From a virus: a stretch of 64,000 nt of DNA. Positions within the stretch are counted from its first letter, which is position 1. Every line of letters starts with the position of its first letter. Positions 55,676-64,000 of the stretch are shown one piece after another. The stretch is taken from positions 537 through 64,536 of the IMG/VR virus record IMGVR_UViG_3300029906_000187; one strand, written 5' to 3'. The notes under the pieces are model-generated. The model saw nothing but the letters and a program-made list of their open reading frames with translations. It did no database searches and was not told the DNA's origin. The position numbers were made by a program, and so were the translations under genes.

Positions 55676-55704
55676 ATTATACCACAATATATGGGCGTTG
55701 TCAA
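55676..55704 (-). promoter_or_regulatory. SigA promoter facing the late operon
   Basis: TTGACA-17-TATAAT, extended TG. Confidence 0.85.
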
Positions 55705-55789
55705 TACCTTTTCTACAAAATGTTGTTTTTTGGGAAGTAGGTTGGGGGGAGTTGTGCTAACCGGGTTTTCCGTTTCGTTCCAGGTCTTC

Positions 55790-56330
55790 CGGTCGAAAAC
55801 CTACCCCCCCGGCGCCACTCCGAACCAATACCGGGAGCCATCCGGGGAGGGTGTGCCGTTCTATCTGTTAAGATAATTTATTATTATCACAACAAATAAA
55901 GCCCCTTGCCGCTTCGCTCTGATGTCTCCGGCTCTCGGCCTGCGCTATGCTCTTGTGCTGCCCTGCTCTGGCTCTCGTCTCCCGTTTCCGCTCTGCTCCT
56001 TTATATATCGTTTGCATTCATAGGCCAGCGGCAGAACATGCCGCCGGGGAAAAGACCTATATATCTATAAATAAAAACAGATTAACCATAAATACACATA
56101 TAGAGGTAAAATATATATAAATAATAGGGATCTATATTTATATCATAAAAAACATGTATAAATGGCTTATATATATAAATGGCATATATTGCCAATAAAT
56201 ACCGATAATATATATATTTCAATTATAAAGTACCAATAAAGCAATAAAATATATATATAACGTGGCATGCAGTCAATCGATTGCATAATATAATATATAA
56301 AAGCAATAATAAAGAAACGCGCGGCGGTCG
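55790..56330. other. Candidate packaging (cos/pac) region
   Basis: C7 run and GGGGAGGG upstream of the terminase genes, then a pyrimidine-rich block and a very AT-rich (TA)n-like block; gene-free. Confidence 0.35.
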
Positions 56331-56832
56331 GTGAGGTTACAGACGGGGACGGCGGCCGGGCGTGCGTGGCGCCTTCCGGCCTTTGGCCTTCCGGCTTTTT
56401 GGCTTTCGGTTCCGGAGTTGGTCGGTGTCGGCGTCGGTGTTGCGTTGGTTTTGTGCGGCTGTCTGCCGAAACGGTCGGGGGCTGCGGTACTCGGTCAAGA
56501 CGTCCGGAAGGCTTGCCGGGCGTCTGGTATGTGTCGCGGGTTTTCGTGTTGCGCGTGGCTTTCGAGCTTTTGCAATGTCTCCGGCTGCGCGCCTGGGTTT
56601 GCGGTGCGGGTTCTCTGCTTTTGTGCGATCATACAAAAATACATCAAAAAAAGCATTTCAGAAAATTTTTTTATTTTTCTACAGCCGCGCCGGGCGGTAT
56701 TTCCGGCGGGAAACAACAAAAAAGCCGCCGCTTTTCCCTGCGCGCCTTGTAGGGCGTTTTTGGGGGTTCTGCGGCGGTCTATCATTGTTAGATCGGATTT
56801 TGTCTATTGTGATTTTGCACAAATCACCCGGT

Positions 56833-56861
56833 TTGCAAATGCCTTGATTTTGTGGTATAAT
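56833..56861 (+). promoter_or_regulatory. SigA promoter
   Basis: TTGCAA-17-TATAAT with TG. Confidence 0.75.
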
Positions 56862-57025
56862 ATAAACAACCAGAAGGGGGCGCCCCTTCCGCGTGGCCGA
56901 TGACGCGTAGAGTACACCGGCGGGCAAGATTGGCGACCCGATCCCGTCAATCAGTTTTGAGGCGTAGCTATTAAACGCCATCCCAGCCGAAAGGCAAAAG
57001 GCGGAGAGAAAGGAGAACGCAAAAA

Positions 57026-57166
57026 ATGACAGATTACAACGAAGAGGAGCGCGAAGAAGTGACCGCGACGGAAGCAATCTTGCAAACTGTCAAAGAGCTT
57101 GCGGACAAATGCAAAACGCTTGACGAGTTCCGCGAAGCACTGGCGCGAATTATCGCCCAGAAATAA
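57026..57166 (+). CDS. 46-aa acidic peptide (not in ORF track)
   Basis: AAGGAG RBS; MTDYNEEEREEVTATEAILQTVKELADKCKTLDEFREALARIIAQK. Confidence 0.7.
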   Translation: MTDYNEEEREEVTATEAILQTVKELADKCKTLDEFREALARIIAQK

Positions 57167-57305
57167 AAAACAGCGTTAGCCGTTGACCCCTGAACAAGTC
57201 CGGCTAACGCCAACAAAAAGAGCAACCAACACAACAAGGGCGGAATGCTCCGCGCCGTCCTTGTGGTTGCTCTCCTATTGTACCACAAACGGCGGAAAAA
57301 GTCAA
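57165..57305 (-). ncRNA. Candidate ~105-nt antisense RNA with its promoter and terminator
   Basis: Minus TTGACT (57305-57300)-17-TACAAT (57282-57277); GCGTTAGCCG/CGGCTAACGC stem + T-run. Confidence 0.55.
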
Positions 57306-57339
57306 TAGATTTCAAAAAAATAATAGGAGAAAACAAAAA

Positions 57340-57945
57340 ATGACACACAAAATCAATATTTATGCATTTGCCGAACAGTTCAAAAAGGAATACCAATTTT
57401 TGTATCATCATGACAACGTCCCCGGCTATGATGAGGCATTGGAACAGTTCGACGCATTCGCGGCCGAAAATCCGGATTTTGTCCGGGAATTTGTAAACTT
57501 TCGCGGCGATTATATCAGCAGCGACAGAGAGGCTGCGGCTTTCGCCTTTGCTCTGGAGGCGGTGGAAGTTGAACAGAAACCAGAATATCAGGCGGAAAAG
57601 ATGGGGGAATATTTGACGCGCTACCGTTTCGAAAATCCGAACCGGAACGGGGAGCGCCTGGCCGTGGATGTTGTGGAATGCCGGCCCGATTTGAAAGACA
57701 AAAACAGCCTGCCGAACCTGTGGAAAAAATACGGGTATACTTCCGATGTGCTGGAAAATTTCTATTCGGTCACCACCTACGCGACCGACGCCGCCGGGAA
57801 TTGCCGGGGCAGATACAACCCGCAGCACAGGCCAGGGCCGGACGGCGGCCGCCCTGTAATTGATTTCTCGTGGCTGCTGCCGGTATCGGCGGAAAATCTC
57901 GAAAAGCTCTTGACTGAATGCCGCCGGCTGTTTTCGGAAGGATAA
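57340..57945 (+). CDS. Hypothetical protein
   Basis: 201 aa; AGGAG RBS. Confidence 0.75.
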   Translation: MTHKINIYAFAEQFKKEYQFLYHHDNVPGYDEALEQFDAFAAENPDFVREFVNFRGDYISSDREAAAFAFALEAVEVEQKPEYQAEKMGEYLTRYRFENPNRNGERLAVDVVECRPDLKDKNSLPNLWKKYGYTSDVLENFYSVTTYATDAAGNCRGRYNPQHRPGPDGGRPVIDFSWLLPVSAENLEKLLTECRRLFSEG

Positions 57946-58014
57946 AAAAACCATACCGCCGGGCGGTGGCAGCCCGCCCAGCGGTAAAAGAAAAAGAGAA
58001 AAGAGGAAAAGACA

Positions 58015-58830
58015 ATGACATACACCATTACAAAAAATGCAGATTTCGGCAGCATTGAAATTCATTTTGACGGCAAGCCCGCGCAGGCGGTGCGGGATGC
58101 CCTGAAGGCGCTAAAATTCCGGTGGCATGGCGTGCGCCGGGTATGGTACGGATACGCGGACGCGCAGGCCGTGCAAGAGGTGATCGGAAAGACCGCAGCC
58201 AGGGCAGCGCAGCCGGCAGACGGAACAGAACAGGCACAGGCCGCAAAGCCGGGGGCGGAACAGAACGAACAGGAACAGCTAAAATCCGAATATCTGCAAA
58301 TATTGGCCGGTTCAGTCTGGAAAAATTCGCCGGATATGATCGAGTACGAAAAAAAGAATCTGGCACGGGTGATCCGTCTTTCCGATGGTCGACTTTTTGG
58401 AATCGAAAAGCCCAGAATTAAAAAAGATTTTTGCTTTGGCTACGGCTGCCAATCTGGTTTTGACAATCAAAAAGAAGCGGAAACGGCAGCGGAGCACGCG
58501 AAAAGTGCGGAGTATTTCAAACAAGAAAATTTGCGCGATTTTAACCCGTTCGAAAACGACCTTACAAGGAATTTCGGCACGCTATACGCCGTCGAAAGAT
58601 ACAAAGGCACGCCCGAAATCGTGTACATCCGGCACATCAGCATTTCCCAATTGTACCGCATGAGCGAGCAAGAAAAAGTCGGCTATCGCGAATTGTCCGA
58701 CGCAGATATTGCGGCCATCCGTGCCGGATATGAAACGGAAAAAACGACTTTCGAAAAACGGCTTGACGCCTACCTGAAAAGATACGGCACAAGCAAATTG
58801 CATTCATGGGCATATTGGGCCGACGTTTGA
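58015..58830 (+). CDS. Hypothetical protein (N-terminus resembles polyvalent-protein-associated domains)
   Basis: FDGKP...VRDALKALKFRW...WYG. Confidence 0.7.
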   Translation: MTYTITKNADFGSIEIHFDGKPAQAVRDALKALKFRWHGVRRVWYGYADAQAVQEVIGKTAARAAQPADGTEQAQAAKPGAEQNEQEQLKSEYLQILAGSVWKNSPDMIEYEKKNLARVIRLSDGRLFGIEKPRIKKDFCFGYGCQSGFDNQKEAETAAEHAKSAEYFKQENLRDFNPFENDLTRNFGTLYAVERYKGTPEIVYIRHISISQLYRMSEQEKVGYRELSDADIAAIRAGYETEKTTFEKRLDAYLKRYGTSKLHSWAYWADV

Positions 58831-58914
58831 ACCAACAGCGCGGGCGGCCATGCGCCGCCCGCGCAAAGAACAGCCCAGCGGGGCGGGCAAAAGCCCCGCA
58901 GAAAGGAAAAGAAA

Positions 58915-59487
58915 ATGAATCAATTACAATTAACCGAAAAGCAGGGTGCGCAGATTGCCGCCCTGCGGGATAAAGGGCTTGCTTTAATGTTTGAAGTAGA
59001 GGCGCGCCGCAATGCATGGGAAGCCGCAGAGCAGCGCGAAAAAGCCGTTGAACAGGCTGCAATCATGGCAAGGATTTTTACTTACGCCGATGACTGCGAT
59101 GGCAAGGACGGCAACAGAAAAGGAACGCGCATAACCGATGCAGGCGATGCGTGGCACATGTGCGAAGAAGTTTTCATGCGGGAATATCTCCCCATCGTGA
59201 AAGCGAAATGGCGCGAGCTTTACGGGCTGGAATATCCGTTGGACTATTCCCCCACTTTCACGGAATACCGCCGCCCCTATCTGGACACGCAAAAGGAATA
59301 CCGCAAAATTGCTGTGCGTTTTCTTCGCATTGTTGGATGCGACAAAGAAGCGGACGAAATGGAAAAGGCCTTGAACGGGTATATGCGCGAGAGTTTGGCG
59401 CAGCAACTGGACGAATTGAACAAGCGATTGATTATCGGATATGACAAGCTGGTAGAAAAGGCGCTGGCGGAACAGAAAAACGCCTGA
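58915..59487 (+). CDS. Hypothetical protein
   Basis: 190 aa; AAGGA RBS. Confidence 0.75.
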   Translation: MNQLQLTEKQGAQIAALRDKGLALMFEVEARRNAWEAAEQREKAVEQAAIMARIFTYADDCDGKDGNRKGTRITDAGDAWHMCEEVFMREYLPIVKAKWRELYGLEYPLDYSPTFTEYRRPYLDTQKEYRKIAVRFLRIVGCDKEADEMEKALNGYMRESLAQQLDELNKRLIIGYDKLVEKALAEQKNA

Positions 59488-59552
59488 ACAGAACGGAGCA
59501 GGGGCGGAACGCCCGCCTCTCCCCTGTCTTTGAACAGAAACAGGAGGACGAA

Positions 59553-59741
59553 ATGACAAAAGCAATTTACTTTGAAACATACGGCGGCAAGGACTACTTC
59601 CGCGACGAGTACGGGAACATTTACACGATCTGCGACGGAAAGCCGACCTTTTGCAGCAACTTGAAGCGCGGAAGCCTGACGGACGACAAGGCAGAACCAG
59701 CCTACCCCGTCGATGACGTGGAACTAATATATAACGCCTGA
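59553..59741 (+). CDS. Hypothetical protein
   Basis: 62 aa; AGGAGG RBS. Confidence 0.75.
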   Translation: MTKAIYFETYGGKDYFRDEYGNIYTICDGKPTFCSNLKRGSLTDDKAEPAYPVDDVELIYNA

Positions 59742-59805
59742 ACAGAAACAGCCGGAAGCGAGGGCAGCGCCTGCCGCCCGCGTATTTCCCACAGGAGGAC
59801 ACACC

Positions 59806-60015
59806 ATGAAAGAAAGCATAAACCACGAAAAAGAGATTGCGGCGATCCGCTACGCACTGACACTGAACAGTCAATGCGCCGCGCTGTTCGAGCTACCGGG
59901 GCTGATGTACAACCAGTGCAAGCTGGACGACCTGACGAGACGGCGGCCGCTGCGGATGTCATTTGATTTCTGCAAAAAGACGGTTGCGGAACTGGCGGCG
60001 GCCGGGAAGCTCTGA
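59806..60015 (+). CDS. Hypothetical protein
   Basis: 69 aa; AGGAGG RBS. Confidence 0.7.
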   Translation: MKESINHEKEIAAIRYALTLNSQCAALFELPGLMYNQCKLDDLTRRRPLRMSFDFCKKTVAELAAAGKL

Positions 60016-60105
60016 AGAAAACACATCTTACAAGCCGGGCGGCCATATGCGCCGCCCGGAGTTTAAGCGGCTGAACAAATGCGGAACAGAAAGGAAGAAA
60101 AAAGC

Positions 60106-60384
60106 ATGAACAGGAAACAAAATGAACGGCTATTAACTGTCAGAAATGAGCTGAACAGCGTGCAAAGTATCGAGGACTTGGAGCGCATCGGCTTGAAAGA
60201 TATGTTTGAGTGGCAGCAGGCGCAGGATACCCTTACCCTGTATTTGAAAAATGGGGAAGGCGTGGGAAGCAGTACCTTCAACAAGAATGTTGCGGAGCTA
60301 TTCCGACAGCACGGATTCACCATTAAAGCCGTTACTTTCAAGAGTCGCGGAATGAAAGGATACCTCATTGATCCAACAGAATGA
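60106..60384 (+). CDS. Hypothetical protein
   Basis: Start revised to MNRKQNE. Confidence 0.7.
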   Translation: MNRKQNERLLTVRNELNSVQSIEDLERIGLKDMFEWQQAQDTLTLYLKNGEGVGSSTFNKNVAELFRQHGFTIKAVTFKSRGMKGYLIDPTE

Positions 60385-60435
60385 ACACATGCCAAAGACC
60401 TCTCCCATTAGGCGGAACAGACGAAAGGAGCAACG

Positions 60436-61377
60436 ATGAACACAACAGAATATGAACAGGCAGCAGATCAGTATCTCGCTGCCCTGCCCTCTATGAAGAA
60501 ATCACAGAACACTATCCGCATGTATCGGCACATCCTGAACAGATATGCGGACTTCCTGCGCAATGAACAGAACCGCGGTACCACACCGCTTTCGGTGGTC
60601 GGCTGGCGCGTTTCCCTGTTTGATGAAGATCTTTCCGCAAACAGCGTCCGCTATTATATGACCGTCCTGCACGGCTTTTTTGAATGGGCGGTAAGAATGC
60701 ACATGTGCCCGGAAAATCCCGTAGATACGGCGGAAATCCCGGAACAGAAGGACGTCGCTTATAATTTGCTGACTTTAGATGAGATCAAACAACTTTTCCA
60801 ACAACAGCCCCATGGCTTGAACACCAAAACCATGCCAAGAAACCGCGCGATCATTTTCCTGCTGCTGCAGGCCGGGATGCGGAACAGCGAGCTCCGCAAT
60901 CTCCGCCTATGTGACCTGAACTTTGAACAGAACACTATCACGATACGGCATGGCAAAGGAGATAAGCGCCGGGAGATCGCCTTCCCACAGCTTGCACAGA
61001 GCGCCGTGAAGGCATATCTGGCAAGTGGGACGCGCCCTGCATGGGTAGATGATACCGCGCCTCTGTTTGGCTCTGACGCAGACCGGAACGGCCACAGCAC
61101 GGGCGGAACAGAATGGCATCCGCTGTCCTCTGCTGCTCTGCTTGGCATCGTCAACCGATATGTAGAGAGCTGCACCGGCCATAAAGGAATCAAGGTTCAC
61201 GCGCTCCGACATGCGGCGGCATCTCTCTGGGACGATATGGGCATCCCCATGCGCACAATCCAGACCGTATTGGGACACGCCAGCATCCGAACCACTGAAC
61301 AGATCTATGTAAAAATTCTGGACAAATCCAAGGCCGCGCAGAAGGTCAATCAGGCGTTTGAAAGCCTTTCCATGTAA
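60436..61377 (+). CDS. XerC/D-like tyrosine recombinase
   Basis: AGMRNSEL (R), GKGDK (K), HALRH, LGHASIRTTEQIY (Y); SAM-like N-terminal domain, no arm domain. Confidence 0.93.
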   Translation: MNTTEYEQAADQYLAALPSMKKSQNTIRMYRHILNRYADFLRNEQNRGTTPLSVVGWRVSLFDEDLSANSVRYYMTVLHGFFEWAVRMHMCPENPVDTAEIPEQKDVAYNLLTLDEIKQLFQQQPHGLNTKTMPRNRAIIFLLLQAGMRNSELRNLRLCDLNFEQNTITIRHGKGDKRREIAFPQLAQSAVKAYLASGTRPAWVDDTAPLFGSDADRNGHSTGGTEWHPLSSAALLGIVNRYVESCTGHKGIKVHALRHAAASLWDDMGIPMRTIQTVLGHASIRTTEQIYVKILDKSKAAQKVNQAFESLSM

Positions 61378-61403
61378 ATGAATATATTTTTCATGCAAAA
61401 TAC

Positions 61404-61432
61404 TTGCACAAAATCTATATATATGGTATACT
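61404..61432 (+). promoter_or_regulatory. darTG promoter
   Basis: TTGCAC-17-TATACT with TG. Confidence 0.7.
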
Positions 61433-61606
61433 AACTATAGATGTGGAATATGTGTGAAAAAATCTCTCCATGATTCTGATTGTTTGTGTCGTTGAACTCT
61501 CTGCGGATAAATCCAATGGGATTCTTACTTCTCAATCGATCCTTGCATAGGTTTCACGCCTGAAGGTAGCGTTATCACGGCGAGTTTGATAATTTTGGAG
61601 AAATTT

Positions 61607-62230
61607 ATGGGAATTAAATTGATTGATTTGCTATTTCAAAAAACAAAGGGCAGAAGCAAGTATTTTTACAACATTATGCCAATAGACAATATTCCATCTG
61701 TGGTCAAGCACGGAATTTTGAGCTATAATTGCGCTATGCGCATACAACATTCTTCCATTGCGATGAATGAAGTTCAAGAACGTCGGGAAAAAGTGATTAT
61801 ACCAAATGGGCGGCCGCTTCACCAATATGCAAATTTATACTTTACATATCACAACCCGATGATGTACAAAAGGCGTAAGGTTGCGAATACAATTTGCTTA
61901 TTGGTAATTCATCCGAGCATTATCGAAACAGAAAATTGTATTTTGTCTGATCGGAACGCAGCAACAAATATGGTTAAATTTTATACGCCATATGAAGGTG
62001 TGAATCATATTGATTTTGATCTTGTCTTTGCTCAAAGTTGGACTGATGATGATCCATATATAGCCTCCAATAAAAAGGCAATTAAATGTGCTGAAATTTT
62101 AATTCCTGACTGTATCCCATTTAACTATATAGTTGGAGCAATTGTATTAAATGAAGAAGTAAAGGATAGGCTCATTGAACTTGGTTTTTCACGTGAAATT
62201 CTTATCCGGCCGAAAATGTTTTTCAATTAG
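61607..62230 (+). CDS. darT: DarT (DUF4433) ssDNA ADP-ribosyltransferase toxin
   Basis: IDNIPSVVKHGILS, YANLYF...NPMMY, SDRNAA, CAEILIP (catalytic Glu); start revised to ATG 61607. Confidence 0.9.
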   Translation: MGIKLIDLLFQKTKGRSKYFYNIMPIDNIPSVVKHGILSYNCAMRIQHSSIAMNEVQERREKVIIPNGRPLHQYANLYFTYHNPMMYKRRKVANTICLLVIHPSIIETENCILSDRNAATNMVKFYTPYEGVNHIDFDLVFAQSWTDDDPYIASNKKAIKCAEILIPDCIPFNYIVGAIVLNEEVKDRLIELGFSREILIRPKMFFN

Positions 62231-62243
62231 GGAGGAATGTGAA

Positions 62244-63353
62244 ATGGTGATTAAAATAGGCAATATATTTGAATCAAGCGCAAAAACGCTTGTGAACACC
62301 GTGAATTGCGTTGGAATCATGGGAAAAGGAATCGCACTTGAATTTAAAAATAGGTATCCAAAAATGTTTTCTGAATATGTTAAGTTGTGTAAGAATGGGA
62401 AAGTAATACCTGGAGTGCCATATTTTTATCAAGACCTTTCCGGAATTTCCATCATCAACTTTCCAACTAAAAATCATTGGCGCTCCCCCTCGCAACTCTC
62501 CTATATCATTTCCGGACTGGATTGGTTTAGAAATAACTACCAAACATACAATATTGAATCCGTAGCATTCCCTCCGCTTGGTTGTGGAAACGGCGGACTA
62601 AGTTGGGAGACAGTCGGTCCTATTATGTATTCAAAGCTAAATGATTTACCAATTCAAATTGAAATATATGCACCATATGGTGCCGCACCTCAACAAATTA
62701 CAGAACAATTTTTAAGAAACAGTGTTGCCAATAAAACAAACATCATAGGGGAACAGAAAAAGAAAATTAATAAGAACTGGCTATTGATTCTGGAAATCAT
62801 CAAAAGATTAAATCAAGATAAATACTCCCTAAATGTTGGTCGAACTATATTTCAAAAAGTTTGTTACTTGTTGACCAGAACCGGTGTACAAACCGGATTT
62901 CATTTCAGCGAAGGGCAGTATGGACCGTATTCTGTTGAGGTCAAACAAGCACTTGAATCTCTTTCCAATGCAAATCTTATGACAGAACGAAGGCTTGGAA
63001 ATATGGTTGAAACGATTGTATCTCCTTCATTTCAATTGGACATTCGCAATTATTCTTCTCAAGAATTGACATGTGTGCAAGCAACATACGATCTTTTGAG
63101 CCGAATCCAAAGTACTGACCAAGCTGAAATGATCGCAACTGTATTATTCTCCTATGATGAACTACTCAAAAAAAATAAATCTGTTACAGAGAAGCAAATT
63201 TTTGAGCATGTTCTTCATTGGAAGAACCATTGGAAAGGTACAAAAGAATCCGAAATCGTTTCAACAATTAAAAGTTTGTCTATGTTAGGATGGATGAAAC
63301 CGGATAGCAGCCATGATACGATGGGTCAACCTGACGATGATTGGTTATATTAA
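62244..63353 (+). CDS. darG: DarG macrodomain antitoxin
   Basis: TLVNTVNCVGIMGKGIALEFK, INFPTKNHW, PPLGCGNGGL; start revised. Confidence 0.93.
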   Translation: MVIKIGNIFESSAKTLVNTVNCVGIMGKGIALEFKNRYPKMFSEYVKLCKNGKVIPGVPYFYQDLSGISIINFPTKNHWRSPSQLSYIISGLDWFRNNYQTYNIESVAFPPLGCGNGGLSWETVGPIMYSKLNDLPIQIEIYAPYGAAPQQITEQFLRNSVANKTNIIGEQKKKINKNWLLILEIIKRLNQDKYSLNVGRTIFQKVCYLLTRTGVQTGFHFSEGQYGPYSVEVKQALESLSNANLMTERRLGNMVETIVSPSFQLDIRNYSSQELTCVQATYDLLSRIQSTDQAEMIATVLFSYDELLKKNKSVTEKQIFEHVLHWKNHWKGTKESEIVSTIKSLSMLGWMKPDSSHDTMGQPDDDWLY

Positions 63354-63392
63354 AAAGTAAAGAGATATAGGCCTGTTAAAAACAAATAATTG

Positions 63393-63429
63393 AAAAGCAG
63401 CACGACTGAACATCCAGCCGTGCTGTTCT
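63393..63429. terminator. Hairpin between convergent operons
   Basis: CAGCACG/CGTGCTG stem. Confidence 0.65.
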
Positions 63430-63471
63430 GCTGTTGTATTGACGCTCCACACGATGGAAGGAGGTGGATTG

Positions 63472-63675
63472 TCAATTCCTCTTTTTGTCTTCGGTATGGA
63501 TCTTGTTATCTGTCCGTTTCACCGGTTTTTCCAGTGAGTGCACCACAAAGCCGCCGCAATCTGGGCAGATTACGCAATCGCCTAAATGAACGTCCAATAT
63601 GTTGTAGGAAAACAAACATCCACATTTGTTGCATTCCGCTGTAAATTCTTTTTCCCCTGGCCTCAAAATTTTCAT
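63472..63675 (-). CDS. Small zinc-ribbon protein
   Basis: CNKCGC...CPDCG. Confidence 0.65.
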   Translation of the reverse strand: MKILRPGEKEFTAECNKCGCLFSYNILDVHLGDCVICPDCGGFVVHSLEKPVKRTDNKIHTEDKKRN

Positions 63676-64000
63676 TGTTGTTTCTCCTGCTTTTTTCTGT
63701 AAATTACAATCATCGATGGGAATGGAGCCGGTGCACTTGGCGTTCCGTCAGAATCCGTGAATCTCAACCGCCCGCGCACAAATCTGATTTCTGCTTTTCC
63801 GTAGATGTAATCGTGAAAATATGCAGTGTCTGTGCGGGCAGGAATCAGCAGAACAATCGTTGTGCCGCTCTGCGATTCTTCGTATGCCTTTCGCACCCAT
63901 TTCCCGATTTCCCTTCCGTATGGGGGATTGCAGAATACCGCTCCCCCACAATTCCATGATTGTTTCAGACCATCCGCTTCCGGGGTATAATAGTTTCTGC
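63672..64000 (-). CDS. Phage Dam-type N6-adenine DNA methyltransferase; 5' end beyond the window
   Basis: Frame open to the edge: DGLKQSW...VFCNPPYGREIGKWVRKA...VLLIPARTDT...IRFVRGRL. Confidence 0.9.
   Translation of the reverse strand, partial: RNYYTPEADGLKQSWNCGGAVFCNPPYGREIGKWVRKAYEESQSGTTIVLLIPARTDTAYFHDYIYGKAEIRFVRGRLRFTDSDGTPSAPAPFPSMIVIYRKKQEKQQ

Larger units (their letters stand above)
1..64000. mobile_element. Temperate tailed phage (siphovirus-like) genome, probably circularly permuted/excised form
   Basis: Terminase, portal, capsid, tail, tape measure, holin, integrase, repressor and replication modules are all present. No run of host housekeeping genes. Confidence 0.95.

Noticed and set aside
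56337-56636. 99-aa highly basic minus-strand ORF
   Set aside because: No RBS; composition explained by local strand skew

Overview
The whole window is a temperate siphovirus-like phage of a Clostridia-type Firmicute, apparently in circularly permuted (excised/attP) form. An early minus-strand operon runs off the left edge, and a gene of the same kind (phage Dam) enters at the right edge. An integrase sits mid-window next to a tRNA-3'-end-like att core. Left to right: (1) 1-15.9 kb, minus-strand early operon. It holds a cysteine desulfurase missed by the ORF track and coupled to a PAPS-reductase-family gene, plus ASCH, HAD, radical SAM, pentapeptide-repeat, RusA, DnaC-like loader, DUF4373 initiator, SSB, RecT, YqaJ and Cro genes, interrupted by antisense morons including a Panacea-PemK TA pair. 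(2) 15.9-23.8 kb, immunity/lysogeny region with an S24 repressor, a second XRE repressor, a toxSAS-Panacea TA, attP, integrase and an unannotated type I toxin. (3) 23.8-55.4 kb, minus-strand virion operon: terminase, portal, protease/scaffold, capsid, tail, tape measure and holin, with no recognisable endolysin. A diversity-generating retroelement is inserted inside the head cluster (target gene, VR, TR, RT, an extra orphan VR copy and no avd). (4) 55.4-57.3 kb, a structured leader RNA, a probable packaging region and a small ORF/antisense pair. (5) 57.3-61.4 kb, a hairpin-punctuated array of small genes ending in a second tyrosine recombinase. (6) darTG and the 3' part of a phage Dam gene. 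Product calls come from motif recognition only; no database searches were run.
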